64,000 nt of DNA, taken from a virus. Each line of letters opens with the position of its first letter. Position 1 is the first letter of the stretch. This document shows positions 48,850 through 58,488 of this stretch, piece by piece. The translations under genes and the position numbers were made by a program. The notes below the pieces were generated by a model. It saw nothing but the letters and a program-made list of their open reading frames with translations. It made no database searches and was not told the DNA's origin. The stretch lies in the IMG/VR virus record IMGVR_UViG_3300042520_000860, positions 1 to 64,000 of that record. The stretch is one strand, 5' to 3'.

Positions 48850-49107
48850 TTACTTGACGATTGACGCCCGCTCGCGCTTTCGGTGAGTCGCAGCGATCAG
48901 GAACTCAATCGCGGCGTCCGTATTGTCAATCTTGGTGATTTTCAATACATTGCCGATTCTCTTAAACGCGAACAGCGCCTCAGCGTTGGGTTGCTGGATT
49001 GCGGCGAAAAGTTGCCCAAGGTTGAGTTTGACGCCGTCGATTTCAACTACCGAGTTTAGCGGGATGTGGACGGCAACCCCAGTGGGGATCTTGACGGTTC
49101 GGGCCAT
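48850..49107 (-). CDS. hypothetical protein (start MARTVK)
   Basis: ORF downstream of GroES. Confidence 0.5.
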   Translation of the reverse strand: MARTVKIPTGVAVHIPLNSVVEIDGVKLNLGQLFAAIQQPNAEALFAFKRIGNVLKITKIDNTDAAIEFLIAATHRKRERASIVK

Positions 49108-49111
49108 CCGC

Positions 49112-49378
49112 TTACTCTGCCTCGCGTTTCGCCAACAGCTTGCTTTCTTGAATGAGGATGTAGTCGATTCCCTGCAAGACAACATGAGTCCCAAGGTGGG
49201 CTGGGACATACACGCTATCACCATCGGAAACCATTTCGCAGGTATGGCCAGCCTTTTGCACGGTTCCCCATGTTTCGGTGGTTTGAGAGATTTGCGGCAG
49301 GGCAATGCCTCCAGCGGTCTCAGTTTTGCGGTCGTCCATGCAGACGAGGACTAGGTCGTTAATAGGGGTCAGGGTCAT
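49112..49378 (-). CDS. groES: co-chaperonin GroES (Cpn10)
   Basis: LTPINDLVLV...TETAGGIALP...GTVQKAG...GDSV...YILIQESKLLA. Confidence 0.85.
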   Translation of the reverse strand: MTLTPINDLVLVCMDDRKTETAGGIALPQISQTTETWGTVQKAGHTCEMVSDGDSVYVPAHLGTHVVLQGIDYILIQESKLLAKREAE

Positions 49379-49430
49379 AGGTGGGCAGAACTTAGCGTCT
49401 GAAGGAAATTTCGCAATCACTTTTTGCAAC

Positions 49431-50918
49431 TTATGCAATTAGTAGTTTCGGAAGAGGCGTCGTCAACTCCTCATGCGCAATCGAAACGGCATCGACTTGG
49501 TCGTCATGTATCCCTTCTGGGAATTGCTCAAGCTCTTCGACGAACTCTTTTGTCCATAGGCCGCGAACGATAGTCACGCGTCCGGCCTCGATCAAATTTA
49601 ACCACGGCTGCGCACGCAAGAGTTTTCCGCCTCTAGGTGGGTTGCGTTTGTGGACTGCGATGTTGCCGAGCAAGGATGCTTTGACGTCTTGGTAAATGGC
49701 ATCGAAACCTCCCACGCCTTCGACCGCAATCCGCAAAACGTTCATCTTCTCACGGTCACGGAGCGCCTGTTCAATCATCTGGCCGCGAACTTTCGCCCAC
49801 GCCCACTGTCGTTTGAATATGTCCACGATGTAAAACTGGTCGCCATCCCACCCGCATAGCGCGCCAGCGGTAAAGTCTGCGGATTGCTTTTCAGTAATGG
49901 CCAAGTCCCATCCTCGCGTCAGGGTTAAGCCATCTGGTAATTCTGATCGCTCAATGTACCGCAACTTCGATAAATCCGCCTGTCCCGATGATGCGGTTCG
50001 AGGCGTACCCTCGTACTGACTCGACCACTCATAGGCGGGCAGCGCCGCCTTCAATCCAAGCAAGAAGGACAACGGTCGCTCTTGAGGGAATAGCGGGTCT
50101 CCCTCGCCGCGCATCAATGGATCATTTGAATCTGCGATGGCTTTAAGGTTGGTCACTTCAAACGCAGACGAGCCTTGGCCCTCAGCCTTGAGTTGCGCAA
50201 CGTAGTCTTCACTTGTCAAGTGACCGATTAAGTCATTTGGATGCCAGCGCGTTCCGATAATGAACACCTTAGCGTTTCGGCTAAGTCGAGTTGCGCAGTC
50301 GGCGAAGTACCATTCGATCACTCGACGACGTTGCAAAGATGACTCGGCCTCTGCACGTCCCGCGTGCGCATCGTCAATAATAAGCCAGTCAACTTTGCGT
50401 CCAGTCAACTTAGACCCAGCCGATTTTGCAATGATCGACGACCCATTAGAAAAGTAAACACTATCCGCGCGGTCGCGTCCAAACACTGGGGCAATGTTCG
50501 GAAAGATCCGCGCATAGGCCGGTAAACCCATAATGTTTTTAATCTCACGAATGAAATCAGTTAGCAGCGAATGAGAGAACCCGGTAATAGCGACGCTAAT
50601 TCCGGGCTTGCTTCCGACCAACCATGCCACGGCACGAACTGCAAGCAGGCGACTCTTACCATGCTGAGGAGGAACGCTCACTGCTTGGCGTGGTGCACAC
50701 TGGCCTGTTATTACGCCTTGAACTTTAGTGGCAAGAAACTGGTGAAGCTCGCCGATCACATAGCTGGCTGAGTCATTCTGAGGAAACATTACGTGCAGAA
50801 ACGAGAGAAAATCCTCTTGAGCAACTGCTGTCAGACGTTTGTACAAGACCAAGAACGCCGCATCATCGAGATCAGGCGCAGTCTCAGTCTCATCAAGCGA
50901 TGGTTTTTTTCTTGGCAT
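49431..50918 (-). CDS. terL: terminase large subunit
   Basis: PPQHGKS, LIIDD, GTRWH, GWDLA, FPEGIHDDQVDA. Confidence 0.93.
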   Translation of the reverse strand: MPRKKPSLDETETAPDLDDAAFLVLYKRLTAVAQEDFLSFLHVMFPQNDSASYVIGELHQFLATKVQGVITGQCAPRQAVSVPPQHGKSRLLAVRAVAWLVGSKPGISVAITGFSHSLLTDFIREIKNIMGLPAYARIFPNIAPVFGRDRADSVYFSNGSSIIAKSAGSKLTGRKVDWLIIDDAHAGRAEAESSLQRRRVIEWYFADCATRLSRNAKVFIIGTRWHPNDLIGHLTSEDYVAQLKAEGQGSSAFEVTNLKAIADSNDPLMRGEGDPLFPQERPLSFLLGLKAALPAYEWSSQYEGTPRTASSGQADLSKLRYIERSELPDGLTLTRGWDLAITEKQSADFTAGALCGWDGDQFYIVDIFKRQWAWAKVRGQMIEQALRDREKMNVLRIAVEGVGGFDAIYQDVKASLLGNIAVHKRNPPRGGKLLRAQPWLNLIEAGRVTIVRGLWTKEFVEELEQFPEGIHDDQVDAVSIAHEELTTPLPKLLIA

Positions 50919-50924
50919 TCAAGA

Positions 50925-51479
50925 TTACTTCAGATCGACGTCCTTGTTATTTGCCGCTATTCGTGAGGCGTCCGTAAAGGCCGATGGGAACGCGCGCATG
51001 GCCGCTTGCAGGGCTTTGCCCAAGGCATTGCCACTCATCTCTTCTCTAGCGTCACCTACGATTGAGACCTCACCTTTAAGTGGCTGGTCGGCAGGGGTGG
51101 TCAATTCAACCCGCGTCGAATAACCACGACCGCGTCCTTTAGTAGATAAGTAAAAGGTAATCGCCCGCGTATCGTTGTTCTTGACGTTCTCCAGCAACTT
51201 GCGTTCGACGAAATCAAGTTGCTTGTGGTCAATTTCTTTTACCTTGCGCTGGAAGTCTAGGTCTTGCTCCATCCATTCGTAGATAGTGCGGCGAGGAATA
51301 CCTACCTGCTGAGCAGCATAGGAAATGATTCCGAGGTGCTCATCTAGCATGACAAGGAACTTCTGCTTATCACTGGCCTTCTTTTTCTCACGCTGCTCAG
51401 CCAATGAAACTGTATTCTTTTCTTCATTGATAATTAAACGTCTGCGCCGAGGCGCTGCTTTTTGTTTCGGTTCTTTCAT
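50925..51479 (-). CDS. terS: terminase small subunit (HTH)
   Basis: GIISYAAQQVGIPRRTIYEW, AITFYLSTKGRGRGY; upstream of terL. Confidence 0.75.
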   Translation of the reverse strand: MKEPKQKAAPRRRRLIINEEKNTVSLAEQREKKKASDKQKFLVMLDEHLGIISYAAQQVGIPRRTIYEWMEQDLDFQRKVKEIDHKQLDFVERKLLENVKNNDTRAITFYLSTKGRGRGYSTRVELTTPADQPLKGEVSIVGDAREEMSGNALGKALQAAMRAFPSAFTDASRIAANNKDVDLK

Positions 51480-51492
51480 AAGCTATTTAGAT

Positions 51493-52620
51493 TTAGTGCG
51501 ACGGAATAAGGCGGCTTGCTTCAGCAAGGGCCATCCCGACAACCTGATCCATGTTGTAGTAACGATAAGTCGCAAGTCTGCCAATAAAAGAGACATTCTT
51601 TTCAGAATCGGAAAGCTCCTTGTATTTTTTGTAAATGACCGAGGACTCAACTGACGGTACGGGATAGTACGCCTCTTTTCCTAAGGAAAAATCATCGGGA
51701 TATTCACGAACCACCGTCGTATTCTCACATGTTTGACCCGTTATGTGCTTTACCTCAACAGTTCTGGTAAAGGGAATTGACTCACTAGGGTAATTAACTT
51801 GTACGGCTGGTTGATAAAAACTTCCCCCAAGCTCCTTTTCAGAAAAGGATTCATGCTCAAATCGTAACGAGCGGTAAGGCAACGCACCGAACCTATGGTC
51901 ATAAAAAGAATCAATCGGGCCTGTGTACACCATGTGATTAAACGTTACGTTTTTAACGGTATCGAGATAATCCTCATTTAGGACTACGGTAAGTAGACTA
52001 CCGCATGACGAAATCATCTTTTTGAACATAGCCGTGTACCCTTCCTTCGGCATTGCTTGAAAACTCTCTTGAAGGTAGCGGTCATCGCGGTTCATCCTAA
52101 TTGGGATACGCGCACAAACGCTGGCGTCGAGGTCTTTTGGATGACGCTTCCACTGTTTCATCGTGTAGCCCTTGAAGAATTTTTCATAAAGTTCCCATCC
52201 AACCTGAGAAACCACGACCTCCTCAGAATTTGCAGGGTTTGCAATTTCAATGCGGTGTGTATCGAGCCACTCACTCATCTCCTCACTGGTCGACGGCCTT
52301 CCAATAAACTGCTCGAATGTGTTTAAGTTTATGGGAAAGTTCCAGTAGTCCTCATCTATTTTAGATAGGATTTTGTACTCAACTGGTAGCCATTCAGTAA
52401 AAAGCGAAAGGTAGTCTTTAATCCTAGCAGAGTTGGTTCTAAAGTAATGAGGGCCGTACTTGTGGATTAGCACACCTGCCCCATCGAGCATGTCATAACA
52501 GTTCCCGCCTATGTGCTCGCGGCGGTCAACCACTAGGCACTTGCGCCCAGCGCTGCACGCCCTCTCAGCAAAGGTAAGGCCCGCGATACCCGCGCCGACA
52601 ATCAAGTAATCGTAGTGCAT
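51493..52620 (-). CDS. glf: UDP-galactopyranose mutase
   Basis: IVGAGIAG, HIGGNCYD, HKYGPH, GYTMKQW, LPYRSLRF, YYP, GRLATYRYYNMDQ. Confidence 0.95.
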   Translation of the reverse strand: MHYDYLIVGAGIAGLTFAERACSAGRKCLVVDRREHIGGNCYDMLDGAGVLIHKYGPHYFRTNSARIKDYLSLFTEWLPVEYKILSKIDEDYWNFPINLNTFEQFIGRPSTSEEMSEWLDTHRIEIANPANSEEVVVSQVGWELYEKFFKGYTMKQWKRHPKDLDASVCARIPIRMNRDDRYLQESFQAMPKEGYTAMFKKMISSCGSLLTVVLNEDYLDTVKNVTFNHMVYTGPIDSFYDHRFGALPYRSLRFEHESFSEKELGGSFYQPAVQVNYPSESIPFTRTVEVKHITGQTCENTTVVREYPDDFSLGKEAYYPVPSVESSVIYKKYKELSDSEKNVSFIGRLATYRYYNMDQVVGMALAEASRLIPSH

Positions 52621-52627
52621 GGCTTAT

Positions 52628-53548
52628 TTACGGCTTACGCCACTGTTCAGAAATAAGTCTAGGCACCGCGTTATTCCACATTGTGTTATGGTGAAAGCGG
52701 CGATTAGTTGTCCATAGCTCTGAAACGGTTGTGGATGATGGGTGCTGTATGACCGTGTAGAATGATTTTAGATACGTACCGTTATCCATGTACACCTCTG
52801 TCATGCCACCCGCCGCAGCTTGAGTCGGGACTTGTGTAAGCTGTGCTTGTGTAAGTGTAAAATAAAGATGGCCGCGTGATCCGTTAAGCACTGCCGCGCT
52901 TACATCCTCATTCATGCGACCGCAGAACGTAAAAGGTCGATCTGTCCGACATACCCACGAGTTCATTATCTTGCGAAGTAATCGCCAACCGTTCTTGAAG
53001 TAAGAGTTATCATGCCCGCCGATGTAGTCCCCGCCTTGCGCAATGGCAACGGCTGACGTGGGCGTAGCGTCCATAAATTCCACGAGCGCCGCAAATAGTC
53101 CATCTAACGAAAGTAGTTTCTTTTGCGAGATAAACTCTCCGTTAGCATTTGCACGGTAAGAGAACGTCGTGTAGTCGTCGTCTAGTTGGATAAAATGAGT
53201 AATGCCAAGCTCGGTGGCGATCTCAAAGCAAGCATTCCTAGCATAGACTACAGCCCTACGATCAGTAAAGTTGTCACAGTTAGGATAAGTCTCGGAAATC
53301 TTTTTCTTATCAAAGATCACAACTTCATCCCCGAATTTTTCCTTGTACGCATTTCGTTTCTTGTCCTCGTTATCCACGACAAGAATAATACGCCCCTTGT
53401 ACCCTGCCGTCTTTATGGCATCATACGTTCTTACATTGTCTGGTCTTCCATGCGTAAGAATAAACGCGGCAAAGGTTTCCGGCAAGGTTTGCCAGTTTGC
53501 TTTCGGCGGGCCTGCATTTTGTGTTAGCTTGCTCATCGTAATGGTCAA
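52628..53548 (-). CDS. GT-A glycosyltransferase (GREB1-like/TET-associated type)
   Basis: FILTHGRP, YARNACF, IQLDDD, GRMNEDV, GGMTEVY; start may be 53536. Confidence 0.75.
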   Translation of the reverse strand: MTITMSKLTQNAGPPKANWQTLPETFAAFILTHGRPDNVRTYDAIKTAGYKGRIILVVDNEDKKRNAYKEKFGDEVVIFDKKKISETYPNCDNFTDRRAVVYARNACFEIATELGITHFIQLDDDYTTFSYRANANGEFISQKKLLSLDGLFAALVEFMDATPTSAVAIAQGGDYIGGHDNSYFKNGWRLLRKIMNSWVCRTDRPFTFCGRMNEDVSAAVLNGSRGHLYFTLTQAQLTQVPTQAAAGGMTEVYMDNGTYLKSFYTVIQHPSSTTVSELWTTNRRFHHNTMWNNAVPRLISEQWRKP

Positions 53549-54486
53549 TCGTTAGTGTCCTCAGTGGAAAGCTCATCCGAATGGTCTTGGGCATACAAGG
53601 CTTTGACCCGTTCAGTCAACCTAACATAACCAAGCTCAACGGCCCTATTAAAGTCCACTAGAACCAAGGCACTGTTTTCCATTAAACGCTGAACCTCTTT
53701 CGGCGCATGCGCATAGTACTCGGCGACTTTACCATAATCGAACACGATGTGCCGACTAGCTGCGAATTTAAGAAAATCGGCAACTTCTTGATCGTCTATT
53801 TGAGCACTTTCGATTTCCTCAATAAACTGATTGTACTTTTTAAGCCCTGCAAGCTCAGCCACTTTAGGTTTGTCACCAGTTGGAGTGTAGATAGGGACGA
53901 CAACCTTTCCAGTGTACGCTGATTCAGTATTCTCCGAGGACTCATCCGAATCCCCTTGCATACCAAGTCCATCCTCATCCCCCATAGGAGGAATAGCGCC
54001 ATCAAAGCCAGTGATTTCAAGATCAAACGGAAGCTCCTCTGTTGAAAGCTCCGTAAGTATTTCATTTAAGGCAGGGAAATCCCACTCAGCGCTCCAACGA
54101 TTCGCCGCAATCATCGCCGCCTTTTCTTTTTGATCGTTCCACTTAACTTCACGATAGGCAAAGCGCGTACCCGTGCTGAGGACTACGTAACCGTAGGCAA
54201 GAGTCCCGGCCTCATCCGCACTCGGCAGTATTAACTCAACTGACTTAGTAGCCGCGCTATCTTCCTTGAACTCTGCCAACCTTTTATGACCACCGACTAA
54301 ATGTCCAGAGGTCGTATTGAACACGATACCCGAAAGGTCGCCGAACTCTTTTAGCGATTTTCTGAATGCCTCTCGCTGGTCATCATCTCGCCATTCTTTA
54401 CGAGGGTTTTTAGGGTTAGACGCTAGGGTATCTAAGCCTAGCGAGTCTACGGCATTTACAGCTTTTTCTTTTTTATTGTTTGTCAT
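53545..54486 (-). CDS. ParB-like N-terminal domain fused to a conserved GT-partner domain
   Basis: NPKNPR...SLKEFG...LVGGHKRL; C-terminal YT.KV..PIY...AASRHIVFDY..VAEYYAHA. Confidence 0.7.
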   Translation of the reverse strand: MTNNKKEKAVNAVDSLGLDTLASNPKNPRKEWRDDDQREAFRKSLKEFGDLSGIVFNTTSGHLVGGHKRLAEFKEDSAATKSVELILPSADEAGTLAYGYVVLSTGTRFAYREVKWNDQKEKAAMIAANRWSAEWDFPALNEILTELSTEELPFDLEITGFDGAIPPMGDEDGLGMQGDSDESSENTESAYTGKVVVPIYTPTGDKPKVAELAGLKKYNQFIEEIESAQIDDQEVADFLKFAASRHIVFDYGKVAEYYAHAPKEVQRLMENSALVLVDFNRAVELGYVRLTERVKALYAQDHSDELSTEDTND

Positions 54487-54509
54487 GTGATTAAGTATTT
54501 TGTCGGAGG

Positions 54510-55322
54510 CTATTTTCGAGGAATTTCAATAGCCTTGCCATTATTAAGAATAGGGCGTTGCTTGAACTGAGACCAGCTAGCCCTTCCGCTGGCTTTACCA
54601 AAGTGATTACACGCGACTAGACTTATGTCGTCTGGCCATAATTTTTTGAGATTACGTAGATGATTAAGTCTTCCAGTAGCGCCACCCCTTACATCCTGCA
54701 TACCACCCGCTATGGCATCCGAACTAGCTGAATGTTGAAGATATTGAAAACAAAGTAGCGTTACCCATCCTTGTTTAAGTACTTGAAGAGAATAGTCAGT
54801 GTCTCCGGGAATAACGCGCCACCATGCGTCAACATCTGTGCGAAATAGCCCACAGGTGTAAATCAGCTGGTTCACTAGGAATGGGCGCGGCTCATTAAAC
54901 ACCGCCCCTTGTGCTTTTGGACATGCCGCCGCTACGTTCTTAAACTGTGTAACAAACTCTTGAACGCCCAGTAAGGCATCGAGAGCCTCACACCGTTCGG
55001 CCTTAAATTTTCCATCAATGATTCCAACTCTTCGGCGAAATGAAATAAGATCGTCATCTATTTGCCAGTGCCACTTTGCCCCCATAGTACGGGCATGTCG
55101 CTTACAGAAATTACGAGAAAAGATAATCCCTTGATTATCCTTAGGCAATACGAGAATCCTATCTTCGCCATATTGGTTTGCGTAAGCCTCGCTTTCTTGC
55201 GGCTCCACCACTAAACGAAATGGGATATTGTTCCTCAGAAGTAGCTTGGGAGTAGTAGCGGAGTTTGCCCTTCCCTTTGAGGGCACATAGATAGGGAATA
55301 GATTCTCTAGTTTCGCGCTCAT
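54510..55322 (-). CDS. GT-A glycosyltransferase (GREB1-like type)
   Basis: PIYVPSKGRA, VVEPQE...Y, SRNF, WQIDDD, DTDYSLQVL. Confidence 0.75.
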   Translation of the reverse strand: MSAKLENLFPIYVPSKGRANSATTPKLLLRNNIPFRLVVEPQESEAYANQYGEDRILVLPKDNQGIIFSRNFCKRHARTMGAKWHWQIDDDLISFRRRVGIIDGKFKAERCEALDALLGVQEFVTQFKNVAAACPKAQGAVFNEPRPFLVNQLIYTCGLFRTDVDAWWRVIPGDTDYSLQVLKQGWVTLLCFQYLQHSASSDAIAGGMQDVRGGATGRLNHLRNLKKLWPDDISLVACNHFGKASGRASWSQFKQRPILNNGKAIEIPRK

Positions 55323-55334
55323 GATTATCGGCGA

Positions 55335-56279
55335 TTAGTGACTCTCCCGCAGCGAGGGAACGCTCAGCACTGCCTCCATTGCTTGTGCCCAGCCTGTGTG
55401 TGGGCTAGTCATCCATGGCTCTCTTATTGCAAGAATGTCACGGCGTATCTGCATGGCCACACTGCTAGTGTTCACCGATCCATATGGCGAGATACGAATC
55501 ATAAACGGCTGCTCGAAACGCCTCACCAGATCGCTATGATACTCTAGCGCAGTGCTCCACTCTGCCGCGTGAGGCTTCAGACCGGCAGGAGTAGGTGCTG
55601 ACCTAGATTGAATGATCTGTTTAGCCGTCAACTCTGGATCAATAAACGGCGACTGTATCTTTGTTAAGCACTCTACAAGAGCGTCTTCACTTGAAGTCAT
55701 TAGCTGGTCGAAGTCAAAGACCTCGCAGCCAATTTGAGTGAACGCCCAATCCATCCTCCACCTCATAAGCTGCCAACCCGCCACGGCCTGTCTCCGAAGG
55801 TCAGTAGCCGTTGAGCGTAGAAACTCCTTCAATTCACAATCAACCAACCCATGCGACAGGATTGAATGAAAGCAGGCCACGTACCAGCCGACTACCCTAA
55901 CAGTAAGGGGCGGAAAGGTGTAGGAGATGTTTCTAGTTACGCCAAACGTGTGGAAACGTTTTGAGAATGCCTCCGCACAGAATGAGAAAAATACTTCTTT
56001 GGTAAAGTTGTAGGGCTCCTTATTCCACGACGAATCCAAGATTTTATCCACCGTGTCCGAATCAAGTTCTTTCGGGATATTACCTACGCACGGGTAAAGC
56101 TCACAACCTAAGTATGGCGAAAGCGCCTCATAGTACTTTTGATTTAGTACAGGGTTAAAGAACTCTTTAGGGTACATCGAAATGGACGGATTTGCCTTAG
56201 CGATGCAGTTTGAAAACCAAGTTGAGCCGGAGTTTGGCTGACTCACGAGCAGTAAATTACACTCAGTTTTCGTTTTCAT
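55335..56279 (-). CDS. sulfotransferase-like P-loop protein
   Basis: LLVSQPNSGSTWF 5'-PSB-like loop, KEFFNP, FTKEV. Confidence 0.55.
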   Translation of the reverse strand: MKTKTECNLLLVSQPNSGSTWFSNCIAKANPSISMYPKEFFNPVLNQKYYEALSPYLGCELYPCVGNIPKELDSDTVDKILDSSWNKEPYNFTKEVFFSFCAEAFSKRFHTFGVTRNISYTFPPLTVRVVGWYVACFHSILSHGLVDCELKEFLRSTATDLRRQAVAGWQLMRWRMDWAFTQIGCEVFDFDQLMTSSEDALVECLTKIQSPFIDPELTAKQIIQSRSAPTPAGLKPHAAEWSTALEYHSDLVRRFEQPFMIRISPYGSVNTSSVAMQIRRDILAIREPWMTSPHTGWAQAMEAVLSVPSLRESH

Positions 56280-56410
56280 GGTTTTGACTTGGTGAAGTTT
56301 TCGATCAGCGCAAACGAGCGCGTGCCACTTGGAATGTTCCAAGCGTAAGCGGACGGGTCAAACAAGTAGCGGTTGCCCTTGGTAAATGCTGGTTTGAGTT
56401 CTGGGGTCAC
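56276..56410 (-). CDS. 44 aa hypothetical protein (GTG start)
   Basis: Open frame ending in an ATGA overlap with the sulfotransferase start. Confidence 0.3.
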   Translation of the reverse strand: MTPELKPAFTKGNRYLFDPSAYAWNIPSGTRSFALIENFTKSKP

Positions 56411-56636
56411 AGCGGGTGAGTCACCAGACAATCTTAATCCTCAAATGCTGTCAAGCTATTGGTGTGCAACTTGTGCGAAATAGTTTGTGACAAATCGCAC
56501 AGCTTTTCTGTCACAAAAGAAATTGCAACGTTTGCAATTTTGAAAAGTTGTTACTGGCAAGGACTCCTACGAGTAACAAACCTTTCGCCAACTCATTTGA
56601 CTGGACGCGGTTATCCTATGGCTTATCATGCGCCCG

Positions 56637-56936
56637 ATGCTCAAGAGCGTTTCCATCGCTGGCCACAAGATACCGATACGCGTGAAGAATCTTGAGGATT
56701 GCTACGGGCAGTATTCTCCCGATGCGAAGGTGATCGAACTCGACAGGAAGACGCTCAAGGATAGTAAGCTCCTTCGCGAAACTCTGCGGCATGAGATGGT
56801 CGAAGCCGCATTGTATCTCAGCGGCGTTGCCTACAGCGAAAACTACGAGCAAGAGCCAATCGTCCGTGCACTCGATGAGTTATTCTGGCCAGCTTGGGAC
56901 TCGGCCAGCAAACGGCTGGACAAGCTCACGCAATGA
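56637..56936 (+). CDS. ImmA/IrrE-like zincin-fold protein (HExxE variant)
   Basis: YGQY...IEL...ETLRHEMVEA...EQE; the only credible + strand gene. Confidence 0.65.
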   Translation: MLKSVSIAGHKIPIRVKNLEDCYGQYSPDAKVIELDRKTLKDSKLLRETLRHEMVEAALYLSGVAYSENYEQEPIVRALDELFWPAWDSASKRLDKLTQ

Positions 56937-56959
56937 TTTGCAAGGTTTGCAAACTAATT

Positions 56960-57244
56960 TCAGCAGACTGGCCATGCTCGTAGCTCGTCATAAGTGAAGT
57001 CGTCATTGTCGTGGTCCGCCGACTCAAAGGGATTGTCGTCGTTCGGCCACGTGGGCTTATTCCAGCTCAGGCCGTTCTTTGCCAGTTGCCGCAATTCCTC
57101 TACCGTAGAGTTTTCCGCCGCCGCAATTCTCGACAAGGCCCTTTCCATCATGAATAGCTTTCCGCGCAGCGCGGATTCACGCTCGCCGCTCATTGCCAGC
57201 AGCCGCGCTTGCTCAAGGCATTCGTCGCATTGGCGCTTACTCAT
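56960..57244 (-). CDS. hypothetical protein
   Basis: EQARLLAMSGERE motif shared with 59611..59841. Confidence 0.55.
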   Translation of the reverse strand: MSKRQCDECLEQARLLAMSGERESALRGKLFMMERALSRIAAAENSTVEELRQLAKNGLSWNKPTWPNDDNPFESADHDNDDFTYDELRAWPVC

Positions 57245-57434
57245 CAACGTTCTTTCCGCAGTCAGGGCAGTAATCCCCCATTGGCTCAACCCGTGAGAAG
57301 AATGGATCTTTGTCGCTGCCGCAATGCGGGCACTTAAACGACTTGGCCTCCTTGCGGAAGATGTCGTCGTGGTTGTTCCGAAATACTTCGCCGTTTACGG
57401 GGCGCGGCGCATGGCCTTTTCCTGCTTGGTTCAT
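57237..57434 (-). CDS. small Zn-ribbon protein
   Basis: AGKGHAPRPV; CPHC and CPDC. Confidence 0.6.
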   Translation of the reverse strand: MNQAGKGHAPRPVNGEVFRNNHDDIFRKEAKSFKCPHCGSDKDPFFSRVEPMGDYCPDCGKNVDE

Positions 57435-58060
57435 TTGGATGGTGGTAGTTCCCAGTTAAGCGGTACGAACGTCCTGCATGAAAAGTTGCTAAGACAAGCA
57501 CTTATGGCTTCGTCACACTCTTTGAGCTGATCCTTGAGTTGCATGGCCTCTACTTCAAACAGATTGGCGGCGAGTCGGTAACGTTCAGCGGTTTCTTTTA
57601 GCGCAACAATCTCGCTCTCTAGTTTTGGAATGACCTCATCTGGTGAAACGATTCCATTGTCGTTCGGATGTTTTACCCCGCGAAGTCTAGCATCCATAAT
57701 TAGCGCCTCACTCTTCCAAGCGTCTCGCTCTTCTTTTAGCTCGGCGCACTCGCGTTCATGCTGATCGCCTAGCGTCGCAATCGACAGCAGCGCGTTGTCT
57801 CTTTTCCTTGTCATGCTTTGGAGTTCAGCCAGCGCGTCGTCTAGTTCTTCTTCGAGCTTTTTGACGTTAGATCGCGCCTCAAATAGGTTTTTCTCCATCT
57901 CTAGCGATGCTTGATTGACGTACTTTGCGAACTCCCGCGCTTCGTCCCGCTCTTTTTCGAGCTTACGGGCTAAGTTGGAATGAACGACTGTCACTTCTAG
58001 CCCAGCGCCAACAAAGGTGCTGGCAGGGTATTCATTTGCGTCTGTTTCTGGTGTTTTCAT
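57431..58060 (-). CDS. coiled-coil protein (TPETDA/ERDEAR type)
   Basis: TPETDA...ARKLEKERDEARE. Confidence 0.65.
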   Translation of the reverse strand: MKTPETDANEYPASTFVGAGLEVTVVHSNLARKLEKERDEAREFAKYVNQASLEMEKNLFEARSNVKKLEEELDDALAELQSMTRKRDNALLSIATLGDQHERECAELKEERDAWKSEALIMDARLRGVKHPNDNGIVSPDEVIPKLESEIVALKETAERYRLAANLFEVEAMQLKDQLKECDEAISACLSNFSCRTFVPLNWELPPSK

Positions 58061-58488
58061 CAGTTGTAGTTTTCGTCGCGCATAAGGCGGTTGAGTTTGG
58101 CAACGGCATTGCCTGAATGGATGACATTGATGTCATTGTAGAGTTCAATCAGTAGCCCTCTGTACTCGCCAACCTCTTCGGCAAGTTTTGCGTTGGCTTC
58201 ACGGAGAACCTCTACGTCCTTTGGCAACATTCCTTCTGGAAAGCCAGCCGCCAGCTTATCGGCATAGGCTGTCATTTCGGAAAGCTCGCGTTGCAGCCCG
58301 TCGCGTTGCTCGCGCGCCTCAGCAAGCTCGCATTCGAGCTGGGGTAACTTAGCAATGCGGTTTGCAAGGTCAATCTGTTCGCCAATTGTATTTCCGCCGA
58401 TATTTCCGCAAATCGTGTCATATCCGCTTGTTATGGTGAAGTCATAATCTTCGCGCTCATCCGCTACATACCAGTTCTCTTCACTCAT
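58060..58488 (-). CDS. coiled-coil hypothetical protein
   Basis: LAEAREQRD; SD at gene overlap. Confidence 0.6.
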   Translation of the reverse strand: MSEENWYVADEREDYDFTITSGYDTICGNIGGNTIGEQIDLANRIAKLPQLECELAEAREQRDGLQRELSEMTAYADKLAAGFPEGMLPKDVEVLREANAKLAEEVGEYRGLLIELYNDINVIHSGNAVAKLNRLMRDENYN

